A stretch of 63,383 bases of DNA, filler included, from Deltaproteobacteria bacterium (GTDB lineage: Bacteria > JACQOV01): NCBI GenBank assembly GCA_016202395.1. It is 4 parts of 4 records of this genome, joined end to end, with 100 filler letters (N's around TTAATTAATTAA, not from the genome) between each part and the next. Parts side by side here need not be neighbours in the genome. Positions count along the whole stretch, not along the records: positions 52,363 to 60,690 come from JACQOV010000058.1; positions 60,791 to 63,383 come from JACQOV010000082.1; 2 more parts are not named here. One strand, given 5' to 3'. A model generated the notes under the pieces. It did not search any database, was not told where the DNA came from, and saw only the letters and a program-made list of their open reading frames with translations. The stretch's first letter is position 1, and each line of letters opens with the position of its first letter. Shown here one piece after another: positions 54,498 through 63,383 of this stretch. The translations under genes and the position numbers were made by a program.

Positions 54498-55838
54498 ATG
54501 GACAAGCCTGTAGAAAATGAAAGTTTCTCCGATGAGATTTTAGATGCCGATTTCATGAGCTCCTTTCTTAGGAAAGGGATATGGATTCGATCGGCTTACT
54601 CTACGGTCATCTTAGGGATGATTGTGATTCTTCACTTCTTTTATGAATCTCTCCCTCTTTATCCTAATTTGGCGGTGCAGTTTTATTCGATCTTTATGGC
54701 GATCCCTCAAGCCTATCTGGCAAGGTTTAAAACTTTTTATCGCAAGCTTGCTTTTTATTTACTTTCTGAATCCGTCATTCTTCACACCCTTACGATGCAT
54801 TTTTTTGGAGGGATTGAGGCAATCGGTCTTGTCATGGTTTATCTTGTTTTAATCCAGTTTTCTGGAATCTTTTCTCGTCGTTGGCCATTTTTTATTGCCA
54901 ACTTTTCTTGGATTGTGGCTTCTCTCTCTTTTTGGTTGGCGCAATGGGGTGTCATCCAACGACATCACTTCCTTCTCAGCACGACTCACATTGACTCGAA
55001 GTTTATTATCTTAGTGACCATCTTAATGTTCTTCTTTTTTAATTTTGGGGCCCTCATGGCGAATATGATTCTTGATATTCTTAGGTTGCAGAACAAGTTG
55101 TTAAATCAATTTCAACAGAAAATGATTCAAGAAGAAAAAATGGCGGAATTAGGACGCTTATCGGCTGATGTCGCTCATGAGATTCGCAATCCCCTTTCCA
55201 TCATTCAAAATCAACTTCACACGCTTCCCTCCAATCCCTCGACCTCCGTGGTGTTGGAAAGAATTTTTAAACAGATTGAACGGATCAAGAATTTTGTGAA
55301 GCGATTGTTAATTTACAGCCGGGCGCACAAGCTCTCTTTGGAACGAGTCCCATTGGATGGGGTGATTGTCTCTGCATTGGAATATGCCTTGGAGAGCGCT
55401 CAAGCGGAACAGAGGATTCAAGTGGAGAGGAGATTCTCCAAGTTGCCCCCTATTGTCGGAGACGCAAACCTGCTTCAACAATGTTTTGTCAATCTTTTCA
55501 CCAATGCCATTGAAGCGATCCGTGGAGAGGGGAAGATTACTGTAGAAACGGGGAAGGAAAAGGAAGAGGTGTGCGTTAAGATTCAGGACACGGGACGGGG
55601 GATTCCCGAGGGAGATTTGGAGAGGATTTTCGAGCCTTTTTATTCGGCCAAAGCGGACGCCGTAGAAGGGGGGACAGGCCTTGGATTAGCCATTGTAAAG
55701 GAAGTCATCCATCATCACGGCGGGGCAGTTTCTGTCAAAAGTCAATGGGGTCAAGGAACGACTTTTACAATCCGGCTTCCTATGGGCACGGGATCTCTTT
55801 CCGGCCACAATCCGGCCAGTTACCGGCCAGGGGATTAG
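54498..55838 (+). CDS. Membrane-bound sensor histidine kinase
   Basis: Several TM helices; AHEIRNPL H-box, NAIEA, DTGRG, FEPF, GTGLGL. Confidence 0.93.
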   Translation: MDKPVENESFSDEILDADFMSSFLRKGIWIRSAYSTVILGMIVILHFFYESLPLYPNLAVQFYSIFMAIPQAYLARFKTFYRKLAFYLLSESVILHTLTMHFFGGIEAIGLVMVYLVLIQFSGIFSRRWPFFIANFSWIVASLSFWLAQWGVIQRHHFLLSTTHIDSKFIILVTILMFFFFNFGALMANMILDILRLQNKLLNQFQQKMIQEEKMAELGRLSADVAHEIRNPLSIIQNQLHTLPSNPSTSVVLERIFKQIERIKNFVKRLLIYSRAHKLSLERVPLDGVIVSALEYALESAQAEQRIQVERRFSKLPPIVGDANLLQQCFVNLFTNAIEAIRGEGKITVETGKEKEEVCVKIQDTGRGIPEGDLERIFEPFYSAKADAVEGGTGLGLAIVKEVIHHHGGAVSVKSQWGQGTTFTIRLPMGTGSLSGHNPASYRPGD

Positions 55839-55840
55839 GG

Positions 55841-56025
55841 CCTAGGAGCCTGTCGGAGTAATCGACGAAAGCGAAAATTTCAATGGCGCTGTCTGACAAG
55901 GAAGATGAGCAAAACAACCGGAAACGTAGCTGTAGCTACGTTGAGGATGTTTTGCGAAATCTGACGCCGTCAGACAGATGCCAGTGAAATTTGCAGCCGG
56001 AGCATTACTCCGACAGGCTCCTAGG
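55841..56025. mobile_element. MITE-like element with perfect 22-bp terminal inverted repeats
   Basis: CCTAGGAGCCTGTCGGAGTAAT ... ATTACTCCGACAGGCTCCTAGG; internal nested hairpins; no coding capacity. Confidence 0.8.
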
Positions 56026-57057
56026 GCTTGGGAGAAGATAACGGGTCGCCTTCCCCTTTCCTTGGCGGGTCACCACCTTCACTTTTACCAGCTCTTCAAG
56101 ATCTCGGCGAGCGGTCCGTTCCGGGGTTTTGGTCATGTTCTGAAAATCGATGCGAGATAGGGATGAATTTTGATGAAGATATCGGAGCGCTTCCCATTGT
56201 CGAGGATTGAGGAATGTCTGCCCCGCTCTTTCTCGCAGTTTTTTATCTAAACTCACCATCAGAATCTTTTCTTTCAACTTCGTAAGCTCATTGGCTAAAG
56301 CCGCAGCCCAGAACTCCAGAAAAGGGGTGACCTCCCGCTGGCGATCACTCTCTTTCAAGGCTTTGTAATACTCTTCGGGATGTTCATCCGCGTAATTTTC
56401 GATCGAAAAAATCCGGCGAATGTCGTATCCCCTTTGATAGAGGACCAGCACAGCTAGAAGACGGGCGGAGCGGCCGTTTCCGTCGACAAAAGGATGGATT
56501 CGAACTAACTCATAATGGGCAATCCCACTTTCGATGACGGGTGAAATTTTTGGGGAGGATTCCAGCCAACGGGAAAATTCTTGCATGAGAGAGGCGACTT
56601 GATGTGGACCTGGCGGGCGAAACACAACCTCTTGGGTTCGCACGTTTTTTACCACCACGGGAATCTTCCGATATTTTCCGGCCTCTTTCGGGCTGACCTT
56701 TTCCAAGAGCATGGCGTGAAGTTTAAGGATCACCTCTTCGGTGATCGCAAGATCTTTTCGTTGGTAGATAGAGCCGATGTAGTCGAGCGCTTTAGAATAG
56801 TTCTTTGCTTCCAGGATGTCCCGCCTCCAGGCCTGCACCTTTTTCCCTTCGAGCACTTGTTTAACCTGATTCTCTTCGAGTCGATTTCCCTCCAATCGGA
56901 TGGAGGCGTGGACCGAGCGGATCTTGGCCTCGTTTCGAAGACGGGTCTCGAAGGCGGGGAGGATCGCGGCGTTTTCGATGATCGCTTTGACCTCTGCAAT
57001 CCGCTCTAAGCTATGAGCGATGGTATCGGTAATGAGATAATCGGGTTGCAATGTCAT
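56005..57057 (-). CDS. Fic-domain protein with C-terminal wHTH
   Basis: SIRLEGN, HPFVDGNGRSAR, TARRDL; the stop codon lies inside the MITE arm. Confidence 0.92.
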   Translation of the reverse strand: MTLQPDYLITDTIAHSLERIAEVKAIIENAAILPAFETRLRNEAKIRSVHASIRLEGNRLEENQVKQVLEGKKVQAWRRDILEAKNYSKALDYIGSIYQRKDLAITEEVILKLHAMLLEKVSPKEAGKYRKIPVVVKNVRTQEVVFRPPGPHQVASLMQEFSRWLESSPKISPVIESGIAHYELVRIHPFVDGNGRSARLLAVLVLYQRGYDIRRIFSIENYADEHPEEYYKALKESDRQREVTPFLEFWAAALANELTKLKEKILMVSLDKKLRERAGQTFLNPRQWEALRYLHQNSSLSRIDFQNMTKTPERTARRDLEELVKVKVVTRQGKGKATRYLLPSPRSLSE

Positions 57058-57060
57058 GCT

Positions 57061-57870
57061 TCAAAATATCTCAACTTTTAAATAACGCTTGGGGTTCTCT
57101 TTAATATCTTGAATCAATGCCTTCAATTCATCGGTGGTTTGAATCAGCTTCTCATAGAGCTCTTTATCGTTGATGACGCTTCCCATCGTTCCTTCTCCTC
57201 GATCGATTTTTTCAAGGATCGTGTGGAGTTGAATAGAGATCTCCGAAATTTTCTCCCCCTCGATCGATCCCAGGAAGGTGTTGAGTCTTCCTGTGGCCTC
57301 TTGGAGGTTTTGATATAGTTGATCGTCATGGACCAAACGTCCCAAGGTTCCGGTAGAGCTGTTGAGCTTGGCGGCCACCTGTCGGATCGATCCCACGGCG
57401 CTCTCCAGCCCTGTCACAATGGAGGTGGCGCTCGTCATTAAATCGGTCAGATCGGTTTTTGTGGGGGTGGCAGGGATCTCGCTCCCATTTTTGAGGGGAG
57501 CGGCGGGGAGGGAGCCGAGCGAGATCTCGATGATCTTATCCCCTAGGAGCCCTTTGCTGGTGATCTTGGCTTGAGAATTCTCTCGGATCTTCTCTTGAAC
57601 CTTTCGTTGGATCTTCATGTCAATCCGCACGAGATCTTCCTCAAACCGGATTCGGGTCACCTCTCCCACCTCAATTCCGGCGAGCCAGACGGGGGCTCCA
57701 TCCACCAGCCCCCCGGCGCTCGTGAAATAGGTGTGCAGGGGATAGTGGAGGACTAAAAATCCCGATCGCTTCCCGATCAGGAGAACGCCGAAGACCAGGA
57801 GAGCAAAACCAGCTAGGGTAAAGATCCCCACCCGAAGTTCCGACCAGCTCATCCCTTTTTTACGTTGCAT
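57061..57870 (-). CDS. mlaD: MCE/MlaD-family protein
   Basis: ELRVGIF TM, GL..GAPV.LAGI.VG.V, GLLGDK, helical tail ending NPKRY. Confidence 0.9.
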   Translation of the reverse strand: MQRKKGMSWSELRVGIFTLAGFALLVFGVLLIGKRSGFLVLHYPLHTYFTSAGGLVDGAPVWLAGIEVGEVTRIRFEEDLVRIDMKIQRKVQEKIRENSQAKITSKGLLGDKIIEISLGSLPAAPLKNGSEIPATPTKTDLTDLMTSATSIVTGLESAVGSIRQVAAKLNSSTGTLGRLVHDDQLYQNLQEATGRLNTFLGSIEGEKISEISIQLHTILEKIDRGEGTMGSVINDKELYEKLIQTTDELKALIQDIKENPKRYLKVEIF

Positions 57871-57894
57871 AATGCCTCCAATTTTAACGCTTCA

Positions 57895-58641
57895 TCACTC
57901 TAAAAACTGCTGAACATAGGAGTCTTTGGACTCTAGCAGTTCTTCTTTAGTTCCGTCGAAGATAATTTTTCCATCCTTAATCATGGAAAGCTTTCGGGCC
58001 ACTTTGAAAGCATACTTCAGATCGTGTGTCACTACAATCGAGGTCACTCCCCATCGTCGATTGAGTTCCAAAATGTGATCGGTGACTTGGTGCGCGGTAA
58101 TGGGGTCGAGGCCGGTTGTCGGTTCATCGAAAAGGATGAGATGAGGGTTGGTGGCAAGGGCGCGAGCAATGGCCACCCGTTTTTTCATCCCTCCGGAGAG
58201 CTCGGCAGGATACATGTCGAGGGTTTCCTCCAGATTCACAAAACTCAACTTTTCTAAAACCCGCTCTTCAATCTCCTCTTCGCTCAGCCCCCCCTCTTCG
58301 TAAAAACGATATCCCACATTCTCGCGAACGGTGAGCGAGTCGAACAGGGCCGCGGATTGGAAGACCATCCCGATGTCTCTGCGAACCTTTTGAAGCTCTT
58401 TCTCGCTCATCGGCACCACATCGTTTCCATCCACGCGAATAACCCCTTTTTGAGGTTTGATCAACCCTAGGATGAGACGAAGGATGGTGCTTTTCCCAGA
58501 GCCGCTCCCCCCCAGAATCACTCGAATCCCTCCTCGAGCGATGTGGAGATCGATCCCCGCCAACACCGGTTCGTCCTCATCAAAGGCGTGGTGCAGCCCC
58601 TCGATCTGCACCATGAATTCCGAAGCCTCTTGTTGCGTCAT
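57895..58641 (-). CDS. mlaF: MlaF-like ABC ATPase
   Basis: GGSGSGKST, FQSAALFDS, LSGGMKKRVAIAR, DEPTTGLDP; start at MTQQ with ATGA overlap. Confidence 0.92.
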   Translation of the reverse strand: MTQQEASEFMVQIEGLHHAFDEDEPVLAGIDLHIARGGIRVILGGSGSGKSTILRLILGLIKPQKGVIRVDGNDVVPMSEKELQKVRRDIGMVFQSAALFDSLTVRENVGYRFYEEGGLSEEEIEERVLEKLSFVNLEETLDMYPAELSGGMKKRVAIARALATNPHLILFDEPTTGLDPITAHQVTDHILELNRRWGVTSIVVTHDLKYAFKVARKLSMIKDGKIIFDGTKEELLESKDSYVQQFLE

Positions 58642-59402
58642 AAAATAGCGAAGTAAAATTTGGTAATCAAAAAGTCGGCCAAAATAATTCCTAGCGAAGC
58701 GATTACCACTGACTCTGTTGCCGCTTTTCCCACTCCCACGGTTCCTCCTCGTGTTCCTAAGCCCATGTAGCATCCAACCGTTGAGATAATGAGGCCAAAG
58801 AAGAGAGGCTTGGTGAGGCCTGGGAAGACATCGGTTTCATCCAACGATTCCAACACCGAGGTCCAATAAAGATTTCCGCTAAAATCGAGGACAGAGGAGC
58901 AGATGACGTAGCTTCCGAAGACCCCAATAAAATCGGCAAAGACGGTGAGGACCGGCATCATGATCAAACCGGCGATCATGCGAGGCGTAACCAACTTTCG
59001 AACCGGATCGGTTCCCATCGCTCGAAGGGCATCGGTCTGCTCCCCCACCTTCATTGCCCCGATCTCTGCCGCGATTCCAGAACCCATTCGACCTGCGACG
59101 ATCAAGGCTGAGAGAACCGGCCCCAGTTCCCGCACGATGGAGACCGAAACCGCTCGTCCCACCAGACTTTTGATCCCGAACCGCTCCAACGTGACCGCCA
59201 TTTGTAGAGCCATGACCATCCCAGTGAAAAGCCCCGTGAATCCCACAATCAGAAAAGAGCCGATCCCGAATCGATCCATCTGATCGATGGTGTCTCTCCA
59301 GTAGATGGGCCTTTGAAAGATACCGCGCAGGCCATGGTAAGCAAGAAGGCTAAACTCTTGGACCGATTTGATGAGTCGAAAGATCAGTTTGAGAGAATTC
59401 AC
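58638..59402 (-). CDS. mlaE: MlaE-family ABC permease
   Basis: VRELGPVL, GR.GS..AAEIG.MKV.EQ.DAL, GG..GVG.A.T..VV. Confidence 0.93.
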   Translation of the reverse strand: MNSLKLIFRLIKSVQEFSLLAYHGLRGIFQRPIYWRDTIDQMDRFGIGSFLIVGFTGLFTGMVMALQMAVTLERFGIKSLVGRAVSVSIVRELGPVLSALIVAGRMGSGIAAEIGAMKVGEQTDALRAMGTDPVRKLVTPRMIAGLIMMPVLTVFADFIGVFGSYVICSSVLDFSGNLYWTSVLESLDETDVFPGLTKPLFFGLIISTVGCYMGLGTRGGTVGVGKAATESVVIASLGIILADFLITKFYFAIL

Positions 59403-59450
59403 CGTGCGAAAATATTAGCACAATCGGCAAGTTGGGTAAACCACACCCAA

Positions 59451-59474
59451 GGGAGGATTCTCGAGAATCCTCCC
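59451..59474. terminator. Perfect 24-bp palindrome, possible terminator
   Basis: GGGAGGATTCTCGAGAATCCTCCC, 14 nt downstream of the minus-strand stop at 59488; only a short U tract. Confidence 0.45.
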
Positions 59475-59487
59475 GCTGGGATTGAAA

Positions 59488-60690
59488 CTAGTTGCTGGTG
59501 GTGCGGCGGTAGACGCTTCCGGTTCCATGGTCTAGGATAGCGACGTATTTGCCGGTGGGATCCGAAGAGATCCCCCCCATATCGACAAGGTCGAGCCCTT
59601 CCATCCAAACGTCGCCATCCGTTTTGATAATCCTGTAATCACCGAGCGGCACAAAGTCGTTCACTAGAAGGCTGCCGTCCAGATTGAGGCCCACCGCAGA
59701 AGGCGTATGGGCGTCCCCCTGCAGAACCGTTTGGACGGAACCCTCTTGCAGGACCTCCATTAAAGTAGGAGTTCCATCGGTTGTGAGAAAGACTCGGCCG
59801 GTTCGGTCGACGGTGAGGTCCATCGGAGTGAAAGGGAGGTCTTCTACGAGGGTTCGTGTGACCCCACTCGGATCGATCCCATAGATCTTCCCATAGATCC
59901 GTTTATTCGTGGCCGCGAAGATAATCTCGTTGGAAGGGGTGACGCCAATTCCGTTCACAGTTATAGAATCATCGTCAGACAGACAGATAACATCACTGAT
60001 CGTGAGATCATCATCCTCAGCGATGGAGGCCTTTTTAATGCAATTGTAAGCGCTAATCAACAGATTTCCCTCTATGTCAAAATCGAGATTATCCACTCCA
60101 CGTAAAGACAGGAGGAAAGTTGTTTTTGCGCCGTTGTTTTCGATTCGAAGCAGGTCTTGATATCCTGTCACCCCACTCGAAACGCTCACCCAGACATTTC
60201 CTGTGGCAGGATCGACAGCCACTGCGGTTGGAGAATCCAAGTCGATGGCAAATGGGAAGTAGCCACCCGCCTGAAGGAGATCAATCAAGGCTCCAGCAAG
60301 ATCTCCTGCCACTTCTTCGATGGAGGGAGATTCTTCAGGTTCTTCGCCGGGTTCCACAACGATCACGAGGTCTTCTAATCGTTTTTGAATAGCGTCGCGA
60401 ACCTCATCTGGGATCTGGATTCCATCATCACCCGTCCCCTCCTCTGGAACCTGGATGAGATCGTCTAGGAGATCTTGAATGACATCGGAGACTTCATCGG
60501 GGATCTGAACTCCGCCTTCGTCACTGTCGTCGCCGTCATCGAGTAGGTCGGTAACATCGTCAATGGTGTTTTCAAGGGTGTCTAGGATTTCATCAATGTG
60601 CTCTATGACGGAGCCATCCTCTTCGTCGCCGTCATCGAGTAGGTCGGTAACATCGTCAATGGTGTTTTCAAGGGTGTCTAGGATTTCATC
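59488..60690 (-). CDS. Beta-propeller (NHL/SMP-30-like) protein with acidic tandem repeats, 5'-truncated
   Basis: Frame open from the gap: DEILDTLENTIDDVTDLLDDGD repeat (96-bp period), then PTAVAVDP, PMDLTVD, PSAVGL blade motifs. Confidence 0.7.
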   Translation of the reverse strand, partial: DEILDTLENTIDDVTDLLDDGDEEDGSVIEHIDEILDTLENTIDDVTDLLDDGDDSDEGGVQIPDEVSDVIQDLLDDLIQVPEEGTGDDGIQIPDEVRDAIQKRLEDLVIVVEPGEEPEESPSIEEVAGDLAGALIDLLQAGGYFPFAIDLDSPTAVAVDPATGNVWVSVSSGVTGYQDLLRIENNGAKTTFLLSLRGVDNLDFDIEGNLLISAYNCIKKASIAEDDDLTISDVICLSDDDSITVNGIGVTPSNEIIFAATNKRIYGKIYGIDPSGVTRTLVEDLPFTPMDLTVDRTGRVFLTTDGTPTLMEVLQEGSVQTVLQGDAHTPSAVGLNLDGSLLVNDFVPLGDYRIIKTDGDVWMEGLDLVDMGGISSDPTGKYVAILDHGTGSVYRRTTSN

Positions 60691-60790
60691 NNNNNNNNNN
60701 NNNNNNNNNNNNNNNNNNNNNNNNNNNNNNNNNNTTAATTAATTAANNNNNNNNNNNNNNNNNNNNNNNNNNNNNNNNNNNNNNNNNNNN
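60691..60790. other. Artificial contig linker
   Basis: N44-TTAATTAATTAA-N44. Confidence 0.97.
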
Positions 60791-61351
60791 TATTACAACA
60801 AGCCAACCCAAGAAGGGCTCTGCCAGTATTTTCGGGAGGTGGCTCAATCGACGAGTTTACCTTTAATTATCTACAATATTCCAGGGCGCACGGGAGTGAA
60901 TGTGTTGCCGGAGACGGTGGCCCGATTGCGGGAGATCAAAAATGTTGTCGGGATCAAAGAGGCCAGTGGATCGCTCCAACAAGCCTCTGAGGTTTTGCAT
61001 CGCTGTGGAAACGATTTTATCCTTTTGTCGGGGGATGATGGGATTACACTTCCGATGATGGCGATTGGGGGACGAGGGAGCATCTCCGTTGTCTCCAATA
61101 TTTTGCCGAAAAGAGTGGCTCAGATGGTTAAAGCGGCTTTAGAAAATCGTTGGGAAGAGGCTCAAAAGATTCATTACGAATTGCTTCCGTGGAGTATCCA
61201 TCTCTTTGCCGAAACGAATCCCATTCCTGTAAAAGCCGCATTGGCTATGATGGGGAAGATCGGCGAAGAGATCCGCTCCCCGCTGACTTCAGCAACGCCA
61301 GCCACACGCGAGAAACTTCGACCTTTGCTTCAACAGTTTGGATTATTGTAA
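60791..61351 (+). CDS. dapA: 4-hydroxy-tetrahydrodipicolinate synthase, 5'-truncated
   Basis: YYNKPTQEG, YNIPGRTG, GIKEASG, SGDD, ETNPIPVK. Confidence 0.96.
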   Translation, partial: YYNKPTQEGLCQYFREVAQSTSLPLIIYNIPGRTGVNVLPETVARLREIKNVVGIKEASGSLQQASEVLHRCGNDFILLSGDDGITLPMMAIGGRGSISVVSNILPKRVAQMVKAALENRWEEAQKIHYELLPWSIHLFAETNPIPVKAALAMMGKIGEEIRSPLTSATPATREKLRPLLQQFGLL

Positions 61352-61361
61352 GGAGGGATTC

Positions 61362-62180
61362 ATGATACGCGCAATTGTTTCGGGGGCGGTGGGGCAGATG
61401 GGGAGTCGCATTATTGACATTATCTCTAAGACCTCGGGCGTGGAATTAGTGGGGGCCTTGGAGAGGAAGGGGCATCCTGCGATCGGGTTGGATATTGGGG
61501 CGATCCATGGGGTTCGGAATCATTCGGTGATTATCTCGGATGATTTGGAGAAATTGATTCCCAATGCCGATGTGTTGATCGAGTTTACACAGCCTGAGGC
61601 GACCCTTCAACATCTGGAGGTCGTGGCTCGCCAGGGGGTAGCGATGGTGGTGGGAACCACCGGTTTTTCGGAGGAGGAAAAGAAAAAGGCCCTCTCTTTG
61701 GCGCAAAAGATCCCTTGTGTGATGGCTCCCAACATGAGTGTGGGGGTGAACCTCCTTTATTGGGTTTTGGATTACGTGGCTCGGGTGATGGGGGAGGACT
61801 ATGATGTGGAGATCGTCGAGATTCATCACAATCGAAAGAAGGATGCCCCGAGTGGCACGGCGCTGCGGATGGCCGAGGTGATTGCCAACGCTCGTGGACA
61901 AAAACTCGATCAGGTGGCGGTCTACTCACGCAATGGTTATGTGGGAGAGCGAGAGAAGGGGGAGATTGGGGTTCAATCGGTTCGGTTGGGAGATTCCATC
62001 GGGGAGCATTTTGTCTTTTTTGGTGGGGTAGGAGAGCGATTGGAGTTCAGTCATCGGGTTTCCAATCGAGACAACTTTGCCAAAGGGGCGGTGCGGGCGG
62101 CGCAATGGATTGTCGGGAAGAAGAAAGGGCTTTACGATATGTTGGATGTGCTGGGTATTTCCAAAGGAACATCCAAGTGA
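61362..62180 (+). CDS. dapB: 4-hydroxy-tetrahydrodipicolinate reductase
   Basis: GAVGQMG, VVGTTG, APNMSVG, EIHHNRKKDAPSGTA, FAKGA. Confidence 0.97.
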   Translation: MIRAIVSGAVGQMGSRIIDIISKTSGVELVGALERKGHPAIGLDIGAIHGVRNHSVIISDDLEKLIPNADVLIEFTQPEATLQHLEVVARQGVAMVVGTTGFSEEEKKKALSLAQKIPCVMAPNMSVGVNLLYWVLDYVARVMGEDYDVEIVEIHHNRKKDAPSGTALRMAEVIANARGQKLDQVAVYSRNGYVGEREKGEIGVQSVRLGDSIGEHFVFFGGVGERLEFSHRVSNRDNFAKGAVRAAQWIVGKKKGLYDMLDVLGISKGTSK

Positions 62181-63358
62181 ATCCTGGTTTTAAAAAAATG
62201 TGGGCCAATCGGATTCAGAACCTTCCGCCATATCTTTTTGCCGAGATCGATCGGCAGAAACAGGAACTTCTCCAAAAAGGGGTTGACGTGATCGACCTGG
62301 GGGTTGGAGATCCCGATCGTCCCACACCCGCTTTTATTATTGAGGCCTTGCAACGGGCTGCCGAAGATCCCAAAAACCACATCTACCCGAGCTACTCGGG
62401 GATGAATTCGTTTCGAGAGGTGGCCGCTCAGTGGTGCCAAAGGCGATTTGGGGTGAAGTTGGACTCCGAACGGGAGGTGATTACTCTCATCGGTTCAAAG
62501 GAGGGGATTGCCCATTTTCCATTGGGTTTCATCAATCCAGGGGATCTCGTTTTGGTCCCGGATCCCGCTTATCCCGTCTACTCCGTGGCAACACAATTCG
62601 CGGGGGGGCGCGTTTATGCGATGCCGCTTAAGAAAGAGAACGGATTTCTCCCTGATTTAGAACAGATTCCCAAAAAAGTTGCCGATGAAGCAAAACTCCT
62701 TTTCCTCAATTATCCGAACAATCCCACCTCTGCGGTGGCAAATCGAGAGTATTTTGAGGAGGTGGTCGATTTTGCCAAGCGGCATCAGATTATCGTTTGC
62801 CATGACGCCGCTTATTCGGAAATTTATTTTGATGGGGAGCGTCCTCCCAGTTTCCTGGAGATCCCGGGCGCCAAAGAGGTTGGAATTGAGTTTCACTCTC
62901 TTTCGAAAACATTCAATATGACCGGTTGGCGGATTGGCTTTGCCACGGGTCATCCCGATCTAATTGCTGCCTTGGGAAAGATCAAAACCAACATCGATTC
63001 GGGGGTGTTCCAGGCCGTGCAATGGGCTGGGATTGCGGCGTTGCAAAGCGACGGTCGTTGTGTGGAGGGGATGCGAGGGCTTTATCAAAAAAGACGCGAT
63101 GTGCTTGCAGGTGAGCTTCAGCGTTTAGGGCTTGACGTTTATTGGCCCAAAGCCAGTTTTTATCTGTGGATAGGGGTTCCGAAGAAGTTTGACTCTATGA
63201 GTTTTGCTGCGCTGTTACTTAAAGAAGCCTCGATCGTGGCCACTCCGGGGATCGGTTTTGGTCCCTCCGGAGAAGGTTACATCCGAATGACTTTTACTTG
63301 TGAGGTGGATCGACTCCAAGAAGCAGTCGACCGCATTCAACGATTAGGGCACCTCTAA
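62177..63358 (+). CDS. dapL: LL-diaminopimelate aminotransferase (class I/II PLP enzyme)
   Basis: LPPYLFA, IGSKEGIAH, NYPNNPT, DAAY, SLSKTFNMTGWRIG; directly after dapB. Confidence 0.85.
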   Translation: MNPGFKKMWANRIQNLPPYLFAEIDRQKQELLQKGVDVIDLGVGDPDRPTPAFIIEALQRAAEDPKNHIYPSYSGMNSFREVAAQWCQRRFGVKLDSEREVITLIGSKEGIAHFPLGFINPGDLVLVPDPAYPVYSVATQFAGGRVYAMPLKKENGFLPDLEQIPKKVADEAKLLFLNYPNNPTSAVANREYFEEVVDFAKRHQIIVCHDAAYSEIYFDGERPPSFLEIPGAKEVGIEFHSLSKTFNMTGWRIGFATGHPDLIAALGKIKTNIDSGVFQAVQWAGIAALQSDGRCVEGMRGLYQKRRDVLAGELQRLGLDVYWPKASFYLWIGVPKKFDSMSFAALLLKEASIVATPGIGFGPSGEGYIRMTFTCEVDRLQEAVDRIQRLGHL

Positions 63359-63383
63359 AAACTATGTTCGTGACGAAAAATCA

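Overview
Bacterial DNA, probably from a draft or metagenome-assembled genome. The dapA-dapB-dapL order, sigma-54 promoter and fibre-like adhesins suggest a deltaproteobacterium-like host (inference). The window is four contig pieces joined by artificial 100-nt linkers (N44-TTAATTAATTAA-N44 at 25409-25508, 52263-52362, 60691-60790), so adjacency across these joins is not established. Piece 1 (1-25408): a DUF4143-type AAA ATPase, a sigma-54-type promoter in front of two giant secreted Tc-B/Rhs (YD-repeat) proteins and a lipase-like lipoprotein, then a cluster of toxin-antitoxin (TA) modules. Piece 2 (25509-52262): an array of five short 'signal peptide + Rhs core + variable C-terminus' genes interleaved with TA modules and delimited by a recurring 21-bp motif and REP-like palindromes, then an MDR dehydrogenase, polA, a thermonuclease, intein-containing nrdJ with NrdR boxes, more TA modules and two paralogous fibre-like proteins. 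Piece 3: btuF, a lipoprotein, tRNA-Phe, a histidine kinase, a MITE, fic and mlaEFD. Piece 4: dapA-dapB-dapL. Best candidate for a novel system: a split, Sec-exported Rhs toxin. The 1750-aa YD shell ends in a Cys-TM-polybasic sorting signal exactly where the Rhs core should begin. Separate genes encode that missing core plus diverse payloads behind their own cleavable signal peptides. The 3053-aa protein is the fused form and carries the same anchor plus a signal-like segment at the junction. Novelty could not be checked without database searches.
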